This document shows, in pieces, positions 35,144 through 43,765 of a DNA stretch of 43,765 bases. The stretch lies in NCBI GenBank assembly GCA_024278985.1, contig JAJRSC010000021.1, positions 1-43,765 of the forward strand, in the 5' to 3' direction. This DNA is from an archaeon. GTDB taxonomy: Archaea; AGJL01; Methanococci; Methanococcales; Methanocaldococcaceae. How positions within the stretch are numbered: position 1 is the stretch's first letter; each line of letters begins with the position of its first letter. Both the position numbers and the translations under genes were made by a program. The notes under the pieces are model-generated. The model did no database searches, was not told the origin of the DNA, and worked only from the letters and a program-made list of their open reading frames with translations.

Positions 35144-35542
35144 ATGATTGATTATAGTAAGTGTATTAAATGTAAAAATTGCATTGAGGCATGTCCAAAG
35201 AATGCAATTATTTTTTTAGATATTCCTATAAAATGTTTTCATTGTGAAAATGCACCTTGTATAAAGGTTTGTCCAGTTGAAGATATTTTTAGGGAAAATA
35301 ACAATATAATTATAGATGAAAATATTTGTATAGGATGTGGTTTATGCCTATCTGTTTGTCCATTTGGAGCTATAAAAATAGATAAAGTGGCTATAAAGTG
35401 TGATAACTGTTATAAATATAATAAAAAATACTGTATTGAAGCATGTCCTACTGGAGCAATTATAGAAGAAATAAATGAAATATTTGAGGAGAAGTATAAC
35501 AATTTTAAAAATAAAATTAAAAAAATTTATAAATATTTGTAA
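35144..35542 (+). CDS. porF: POR-associated iron-sulfur protein PorF
   Basis: Four Cys clusters, paralogous to the upstream gene. Confidence 0.78.
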   Translation: MIDYSKCIKCKNCIEACPKNAIIFLDIPIKCFHCENAPCIKVCPVEDIFRENNNIIIDENICIGCGLCLSVCPFGAIKIDKVAIKCDNCYKYNKKYCIEACPTGAIIEEINEIFEEKYNNFKNKIKKIYKYL

Positions 35543-35554
35543 AGAGGGATTATT

Positions 35555-37996
35555 ATGGAATTAAAGGAAAAAATTGAAAATTTACCTCTTCCAAAAAAGA
35601 TAAAAGAAGAATTATATGAAAAATTAAGCAAAGAAAATTTAAAAGAGGAAATTATTGATGAAATAATTCATGAAGTTCTGTATATGTATCAAAAGGCACA
35701 GATTGAACCTTTTGAGGCAGTTGGAATAATTGCAGCTCAATCAATTGGAGAGCCAGGTACTCAAATGTCATTACCATATGAAGAGAAAATTATCATCAAA
35801 GAAGGAGACTATATTAAAGTTGTTGAAATTGGAAAATTAGTAGATGAGATGATAGAAAAATATGGATTTGAAAAAGTTAATGAAAGTGATGTTTGTGACT
35901 TACCAATTGAAATATATGCCCTAAGTATTGACCAAGATGAAAAAGTTCATTGGAAAAAGATATTAAGCTGTATAAGACACAAACACAATAAAAAATTAAT
36001 TAAAATAAAAACAAAGTCAGGTAGAAGTATAGTAGCAACACCTTACCATTCATTTGTTATAAGAAAAGATAATAAAATAGTTCCTGTTAAAGGTAGTGAG
36101 TTAAAAATTGGGGATAAAATTCCAGTTGTAAAGTTTATTCCAGCGAATTGTGTTGAAGCAATAAATATTTCAAATCATCCACAAAATTCTATAAAGTTGG
36201 ATTATAACTTTGGTTACTTTATTGGTGTTTATTTAGCAAATGGAAAACTTGAAAATAATACTATAACTATAAAAAATATTGATGATGAAATAGCAAAAAA
36301 AGTTATAGAATTTACTAATAAAATGAATTTTAATTATTCAATTGGGGAAGATATTAGAATATATTCTCCTGAATTAACCAAATTCTTATCTAAGTTTGGA
36401 AATTTATATAAGAAAATTGATGATTTTGTATTTGGAGCTAATAAGGAGTTTATTAGAGGACTACTTAGAGGATTCTTTGATTTGTCTGGGTATGTAAATG
36501 GTAGAGGAATTATTATATCATCAAATTCTAAGGATTTAATTGATGGATTAGCTTTATTGTTAGCAAGATTTAACATATTCAGTATAAAATCAAAGATTAA
36601 AAATAATTATTATCTAACAATTCCAGAAATTGATAGGTTTTATAAAGAAATAAACTTTTCAATTGAAAATAAAAGGTTAGAATTAGAAAGGGCTTTAAAT
36701 AATATTAAAGGCTATAATGATACAATTCCAGAAATAGGAAATGCTTTAACTAAATTAGGAAAAATGGTTAATTATCCAGAGATAATTTTAAAGTTATATG
36801 AAAGAAAGCAGAAAATTAAAAGAGTAAAACTAAAAAGACATTTAGATAGAATAAAAGAGTTAGCTAATAAAAATAACATAAATATTAATGAAATTAAAGA
36901 ATTTTGGGTATTAAAAAAGGCAGTTGATAGTGACATAATTTGGGATGAGATTGTTGAAATAAAAGAAATTGAGTATAATAAAGAATATGTTTATGATATA
37001 AGTGTTGAAGGTTTAGAAACCTTTACAACCTTTGAGGGAATTTTAACACATAACACTATGAGAACATTCCACTATGCAGGAGTTGCTGAGCTTAATGTTA
37101 CCCTTGGTTTGCCAAGAATGATAGAAATAGTGGATGCAAGAAAAGAACCATCAACTCCAATAATGAAAATCTTTTTAATGGAGCCAGATAATAGAGAATT
37201 AGCTGAAAAAATTGCTAAAGAAATAGAAAGTTTAACTTTAGAGAATGTATCTAAAAATATAAGTATTGATTTATGGAAAAATGCTATTAAAGTAGAATTA
37301 GATGAGAAAATCTTAGAAGATAGAGACTTAACAGTAGATGAAATTATTGAAGCTATTAAAAAGAAGGTTAAGGTTAAAATTGATGTGGAAGGATATACAT
37401 TATATTTAAAAATAAAAACACCAAGTGTTAAATCTCTAAGAAAAAGAATACCAAAAGTTAAATCCATTCATTTAAAAGGAATTCCCGGGATTAAAAGAGT
37501 ATTAGTTAAAGAAGAAGAAATAAATGGTAAAAAAGAGTATGTCCTTTATACTCAAGGTTCTAATTTAAAAGAAGTGTTAAATATTGAAGGAGTAGACTAT
37601 AGAAGGACTACAACCAACAATATAATAGAAATTCAGGAAGTTTTAGGAATAGAAGCAGCAAGAAATGCAATAATTAATGAAATGAAAAGTACATTAGAAA
37701 ATCAGGGGTTAGAGGTAGATATTAGACATTTAATGATTGTTGCAGATATGATGACAGCTGATGGTATAGTTAAGGCAATTGGTAGAACAGGAGTTGCTGG
37801 AGAGAAGAAATCAGTTCTTGCAAGAGCTGCATTTGAGGAGACTGTTAAACATTTATATTCTGCTGCTGAAAAAGGAGAAGTTGATAATTTAAAGGGAGTT
37901 ATTGAGAATGTTATAGTTGGTAAGCCAATATTCTTAGGTACTGGTTGTATTGAGTTAATTATAGATAAAGAATATGAAGAGGGTAAAAAACAATAA
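35555..37996 (+). CDS. rpoA2: RNA polymerase subunit A'' (Rpo1C) precursor with intein
   Basis: AAQSIGEPGTQM | TMRTFHYAGV, LGLPR, VDIRHL, LARAAFE; 384 aa after intein removal. Confidence 0.96.
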   Translation: MELKEKIENLPLPKKIKEELYEKLSKENLKEEIIDEIIHEVLYMYQKAQIEPFEAVGIIAAQSIGEPGTQMSLPYEEKIIIKEGDYIKVVEIGKLVDEMIEKYGFEKVNESDVCDLPIEIYALSIDQDEKVHWKKILSCIRHKHNKKLIKIKTKSGRSIVATPYHSFVIRKDNKIVPVKGSELKIGDKIPVVKFIPANCVEAINISNHPQNSIKLDYNFGYFIGVYLANGKLENNTITIKNIDDEIAKKVIEFTNKMNFNYSIGEDIRIYSPELTKFLSKFGNLYKKIDDFVFGANKEFIRGLLRGFFDLSGYVNGRGIIISSNSKDLIDGLALLLARFNIFSIKSKIKNNYYLTIPEIDRFYKEINFSIENKRLELERALNNIKGYNDTIPEIGNALTKLGKMVNYPEIILKLYERKQKIKRVKLKRHLDRIKELANKNNININEIKEFWVLKKAVDSDIIWDEIVEIKEIEYNKEYVYDISVEGLETFTTFEGILTHNTMRTFHYAGVAELNVTLGLPRMIEIVDARKEPSTPIMKIFLMEPDNRELAEKIAKEIESLTLENVSKNISIDLWKNAIKVELDEKILEDRDLTVDEIIEAIKKKVKVKIDVEGYTLYLKIKTPSVKSLRKRIPKVKSIHLKGIPGIKRVLVKEEEINGKKEYVLYTQGSNLKEVLNIEGVDYRRTTTNNIIEIQEVLGIEAARNAIINEMKSTLENQGLEVDIRHLMIVADMMTADGIVKAIGRTGVAGEKKSVLARAAFEETVKHLYSAAEKGEVDNLKGVIENVIVGKPIFLGTGCIELIIDKEYEEGKKQ
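35768..37054 (+). mobile_element. Intein (429 aa) with LAGLIDADG-like domain
   Basis: Starts SLPYEE, block B TPYH, block F VYDISV, ends THN followed by Thr; splits the conserved TQM-TMRTFH motif. Confidence 0.95.
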
Positions 37997-38017
37997 TAAA
38001 AAATTTTTTTGGGATAA

Positions 38018-39406
<1,389 letters not shown>

Positions 39407-39417
<11 letters not shown>

Positions 39418-39574
39418 GAAATGTTATAAATGTAACTATTACACATTAAAAGATATCTGTCCAATTTGTGGAGAAAAAACAGGAACTGTTAAACCTCCAA
39501 GATTCTCATTAGAAGATAGATGGGGAAAATATAGAAGAATGTTAAAAAGACAACTAAAAAATATGAAAAAATGA
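39407..39574 (+). CDS. nop10: H/ACA RNP protein Nop10 (missing from ORF track)
   Basis: [55 protein letters not shown], 55 aa. Confidence 0.93.
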
Positions 39575-40041
39575 AAAAATATTTAATATTTTTCTTACTC
39601 TTTTTATGTATTAATATTAGTTATTCTTACAATTTTGGATATATAAAATTAAATGTAACTAATCCTATGTATATGAAAGAATTTTATATTGATAAAGCAA
39701 ATTATTCTTATATATTCTCCTTTAATCATTATGGTAATATAAATAAAAGTATGAAAATAGAAATATATCTAAATGAAAATTTAATTTATATTATTGATGA
39801 CTCAAATGATGGTTCTGGAAATTATAAAAAAAGTGTATCTTTAAATGTAAGTAAGTATCTAAGAAATGGTAAAAATATATTGAAAATTAAAGGATATTTA
39901 AAAAAAGGTAATTACTCTCCCTATTATGTTTTAAGTAATGCACAAATATCTGAACCATATACTGTTCCAATTAGTAATTTTATGGTGTTTATAACCTTAA
40001 TGATTTTGGGGATTATTGTTGTTTTTTTATATAAACCTTAA
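39571..40041 (+). CDS. Secreted, C-terminally anchored hypothetical protein
   Basis: Signal peptide, beta-rich body, N-glycosylation sequons, VPI motif + TM helix + Lys at the C-terminus. Confidence 0.75.
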   Translation: MKKYLIFFLLFLCINISYSYNFGYIKLNVTNPMYMKEFYIDKANYSYIFSFNHYGNINKSMKIEIYLNENLIYIIDDSNDGSGNYKKSVSLNVSKYLRNGKNILKIKGYLKKGNYSPYYVLSNAQISEPYTVPISNFMVFITLMILGIIVVFLYKP

Positions 40042-40142
40042 AGGTATTAACCTACATAATAGCATACACCATAATATACATAATATATATTTATATAATA
40101 CTTAAGTAATATTATAATTTATAGAGATTTAGGTAGATTTAT

Positions 40143-40367
40143 ATGAAAAATAATATTGAAAAAGAATATATTATAGACAATTTAATAGCTAAGATTGTAT
40201 TTATAGACAAAATGGTAAAATCTGAGGGATTTAAAATAATGATGATAAAAAATCTTATTGCTCCATATAGAAAAGAACCAGAAATAATAAATAAACTTTT
40301 AAAATTTTTTGAGAATAAAGATTTGGGAATATTTAAAATCTTAGATTATATTTTAAAAAGATTCTAA
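40143..40367 (+). CDS. Small hypothetical protein
   Basis: AGGT RBS-like element and upstream TATA-like sequence; no recognisable motif. Confidence 0.45.
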   Translation: MKNNIEKEYIIDNLIAKIVFIDKMVKSEGFKIMMIKNLIAPYRKEPEIINKLLKFFENKDLGIFKILDYILKRF

Positions 40368-41539
40368 TTAACAAATATCATTTTTTTATTGTCTAAAATT
40401 GAAGAATTTTTAATAAATGTATCAATTGCTTTTTTAGTGCCCCATCTATCTGAACCAGCTAATATATAGATATTACCAGATGAATAAGGATTTTTAATTT
40501 TTATAATCACTCCCTTGTTCTTTCCTGGATATGTGTTAGATATATTAATTATTAATCCTTTTTTTATGAGGTCTCTAACATATTTATTAACTACAGGACC
40601 ACCAATTAAAATAATATCTCTATCTGTATTAAATAAATTTGTTCCAATTATCTTATTTTCTCCAATATAGATAGTAGTGTCATTTATAGGTTTATTTTTA
40701 TAAAATATTTTTATTGAATTATTAATTTTTAATATATTTATATCTCCAAAATTAATAGGATAATTATTTGAGATTATAGTATTTATTTTTACAATTTTAA
40801 AATAGTTCATATTATAATATTTCTTAATATATTTAATTATATATTCACAATTATCAAATGTTAAATTTAATATTTTATTATTACATTCTAATGTTATATA
40901 TTTTGATGAAATATCTTTAACTTTAAAACCAAGAAAATTATCATTTTCTCTTATAAGTTTAATGTCATATACTTTAAAATGAAAAATTTTATTTTCATAT
41001 GAAACAAATTCTATGGCAAAATATTTAGTATATTTTGTTTCATTTTTATTAATCTTTACCTCTTCTGAATGATTTTGATTACTAATATTAATAATAACAC
41101 TATTACCATCTAAAGAAACTAAAATTACTTTAACTGTACAATTATTATATTTAAATGAGTAGTTTGTATAGATATCTTTAAAATTATCTGATTTTAATAA
41201 TAAATATTTATCTTTAAATTCTAAAGAATAATTTTTATAATATCTTTAAAGAATGTATATAGGAATTTTTATTTTTGTAAATATTGTTTTATTATAATAT
41301 ATAATAATATCATCAACATTTAAATAGTTATTGTTGGAAAAAATATACTCTGTTGATTTTTTTATAATCTCTGTTGTATTATTATGGGTGTTTATTTTAT
41401 AGTAGTTATAAAATTTGTCTAATAATGGTTTAGCATTGATATAATCAGGAGTTGATTTATTAACTACAATTATAGGGTCTGTTATTGCATAGCATAAATT
41501 TATCATTATCAACAGTAAAATTAAAATTGTTACTCTCAA
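40364..41539 (-). pseudogene. S-layer-domain surface protein with in-frame TAA at 41246-41248
   Basis: TTG start after GAGGTGA; signal peptide. The frame stays open for 145 codons after the TAA and joins the 40364-40810 ORF, which carries IILIGGPVVN, PGKNKGVI and LAGSDRWGT (S-layer C-terminal motifs). Confidence 0.82.
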
Positions 41540-41610
41540 AGTTATCACCTCTAAAATTTATAAACCTATATTAACATCTAAAAATATTTTTTATTTTTGG
41601 TGAGATAAAT

Positions 41611-42726
41611 ATGAAACCAAAAGAATATTTAAAAAATCTAAAACCCTATGTTCCTGGAAAGACTAAAGAAGAGATTATGAGGAAATATAATCTAAAGAGG
41701 ATTATTAAACTCAGTTCCAATGAAAACCCTTGGGGTGCAAGTGAAAAAATAAAGGATAAAATTTTAGAAGAAATTAAAAATATTCATCAATATCCAGAAC
41801 CAATAAATCCAATACTTATGGAAGAGTTGAGTAAGTTTTTAGATGTTGAGAAAAAAAATATTATTGTTGGTGGTGATGGGGCTGATGAAATATTAGATGT
41901 TATTTTTAAGACCTTTGTTGATAAAGATGATGAGGTAATTATTCCAATTCCAACATTTACTCAGTATAGAGTTTTAGCTAATATATATGGAGCAAAAATA
42001 AAATTTGGATGTTATAGATATGAGAACAATTTTGAGTTGGATGTAGATAGTGTATTATCCAATCTTACTAACAAAACAAAGGTTATTTTTCTTTGTAGTC
42101 CAAATAATCCAACTGGAAATATTATAAAAAACAGGGATATTAAAAAGATAGTTGAAGAAGCAGAGAACTCTTTAGTTGTTATAGACCATGCATATATTGA
42201 ATATTCTAAAAAAGAGTATGATTGGACTAAAAAGATTTATGAATATGATAATATTTTAATTCTTAGGACATTTTCAAAGGTTTTTGGATTGGCAGGAATG
42301 AGAGTAGGGTATGGAGTAGCAGATGAAAGAATAATTAATGAAATGTTAAAAGTTAAACCAGTTTTTAGCTTAACAAGATTAAGCCAAGTTGCAGCAATAG
42401 AGGCATTAAGAGATAAGGAATTTTTTAATTTTTCCGTTAGGGAGGGTATAAAAGTTAGAGAATATCTTTATAAGGAATTAAAGAAATTAAAAAATATAAA
42501 TGCCTATCCTTCTCAGGCAAATTATATATTGGTAGAATTAAAAAATCATACATCAGATTATGTTTGTGAAGAACTATTAAAAAGAGGTATTATTGTTAGA
42601 GATTGTTCATCATTTGATGGGTTAAATAATAGATATATAAGAGTTTCTATTGGAAAAAAGGAAGAAATTGATGAGTTTTTAAAAGAATTAAAGAATATTT
42701 TAGAGGGGGATATAAATGGAATGTAA
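41611..42726 (+). CDS. hisC: Histidinol-phosphate aminotransferase
   Basis: [37 protein letters not shown]. Confidence 0.95.
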   Translation: MKPKEYLKNLKPYVPGKTKEEIMRKYNLKRIIKLSSNENPWGASEKIKDKILEEIKNIHQYPEPINPILMEELSKFLDVEKKNIIVGGDGADEILDVIFKTFVDKDDEVIIPIPTFTQYRVLANIYGAKIKFGCYRYENNFELDVDSVLSNLTNKTKVIFLCSPNNPTGNIIKNRDIKKIVEEAENSLVVIDHAYIEYSKKEYDWTKKIYEYDNILILRTFSKVFGLAGMRVGYGVADERIINEMLKVKPVFSLTRLSQVAAIEALRDKEFFNFSVREGIKVREYLYKELKKLKNINAYPSQANYILVELKNHTSDYVCEELLKRGIIVRDCSSFDGLNNRYIRVSIGKKEEIDEFLKELKNILEGDINGM

Positions 42727-43561
42727 TAAAAAATGTGACACATGTAATTTAAAAAATAACTGTCCTGATTTATTAACTATGCAAAACAACAAAATTAAAG
42801 AAAGAATGAGCAAAATAAAATATAAAATAGCTGTATTAAGTGGTAAAGGAGGAGTTGGAAAATCAACAGTTACTGTTAATTTAGCTGCTGCTTTGGCAAA
42901 AAAAGGTTTTAAAGTTGGAGTTTTGGATGCTGATATTCATGGTCCAAATATTCCCAAAATGTTAGGAATTGAAGGAGAACCAATGGTAGGGAAAAATGGA
43001 ATAATTCCAATTGAAAAAGGAAATATTAAAGTTATGTCAATATCTTATCTACTTCCTGATGAAAAAACTCCTGTTATTTGGAGAGGTCCTAAAGTTAGTG
43101 GAGCAATAAGGCAATTTTTAGCAGATGTGGATTGGGGAGAGTTAGATTTTTTATTAATAGATACACCACCAGGAACTGGTGATGTTCAACTGACTATTAT
43201 GCAATCTATTCCTTTAGATGGAGCTATTATTGTAACTGCTCCAGAAGAAATTTCATTAATGGATGTTAAAAAATCTATAACTATGGCTAATATGTTGAAT
43301 GTTCTAATATTAGGGATTATTGAAAATATGTCAGGATTCATTTGTCCTGAATGTGGAAAACTTGTTTATATTTTTGGAAAAGGAGCTGGAGAAAAGGCAA
43401 GTAAGGAATTTGGAATAGATTTTTTAGGAAGAATTCCATTAGATATAAAAGCAAGAGAGGCACATGAAAAAGGTATTCCTATGGTAGAAATTGATTGTAA
43501 GGCAAAAGAAGAATTTTTAAAAATAGTTGATAAGATATTAAAAAAGCTTAACATTCAATAA
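42716..43561 (+). CDS. Mrp/NBP35 Fe-S cluster carrier ATPase
   Basis: N-terminal Cys motif, [37 protein letters not shown]. Confidence 0.93.
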   Translation: MECNKKCDTCNLKNNCPDLLTMQNNKIKERMSKIKYKIAVLSGKGGVGKSTVTVNLAAALAKKGFKVGVLDADIHGPNIPKMLGIEGEPMVGKNGIIPIEKGNIKVMSISYLLPDEKTPVIWRGPKVSGAIRQFLADVDWGELDFLLIDTPPGTGDVQLTIMQSIPLDGAIIVTAPEEISLMDVKKSITMANMLNVLILGIIENMSGFICPECGKLVYIFGKGAGEKASKEFGIDFLGRIPLDIKAREAHEKGIPMVEIDCKAKEEFLKIVDKILKKLNIQ

Positions 43562-43765
43562 CTTTAATTATAACTGTCCTTACTCTTGGTCCATCAAATT
43601 CAGCAAAAAATATACCTTGCCAAGTCCCTAAAATAGGTTTATTATCTTTAATAATTATTATTTTTTCATTTCCTACTAAACTTGTCTTTATATGAGCATC
43701 AGAATTTCCTTCAATATGCTTAAAATTAAAATTTTTTGGAATTAAATAGTTAAGGAAATTTATGA
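43548..43765 (-). CDS. YjbQ/UPF0047 family protein, 3' part (start beyond window)
   Basis: ...KHIEGNSDAHIKTSLVG...[27 protein letters not shown]. Confidence 0.9.
   Translation of the reverse strand, partial: INFLNYLIPKNFNFKHIEGNSDAHIKTSLVGNEKIIIIKDNKPILGTWQGIFFAEFDGPRVRTVIIKVIEC

Overview
A very AT-rich, densely packed archaeal chromosome segment from a Methanocaldococcus-like hyperthermophilic methanogen (Methanococcales). This rests on GGTGA/GGAG ribosome-binding sites, hcgF, mfnC/mfnD, the por operon and archaeosine TGT; the species cannot be fixed from the sequence alone. Most genes are housekeeping: mat, pheA, aroQ, secF, serA, argB, tgtA, purB, a polyamine/deoxyhypusine run, rtcA, porCDABEF, rpoA2, thrB, trm56, nop10, hisC and mrp. 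Five things stand out. (1) An accessory unit at ~10.3-14.4 kb: an ArsR-type regulator divergent from an exported 15-Cys metallothionein-like peptide, a surface CWB2-like/ferritin-like (DUF2202-type) fusion, a 4-Cys repeat surface protein and a membrane polyferredoxin, with tandem CATATGTAG operator-like sites over the predicted start site. It is a candidate cell-surface metal-handling or redox system. (2) A complete box C/D sRNA missed by the ORF track, whose D' box is the stop codon of the upstream gene. (3) A 429-aa intein in RpoA'' with degenerate LAGLIDADG motifs. (4) Four in-frame stops, each one G>T change from a Glu codon, plus several Asp>Tyr changes at conserved sites and one homopolymer frameshift. 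This G:C>T:A signature is most likely a sequencing/library artefact or mutator lesion, not recoding. (5) Scrambled gene order: rpoA2 and nop10 lie outside their usual operons. Family assignments are from motif recognition and recall, not database searches.
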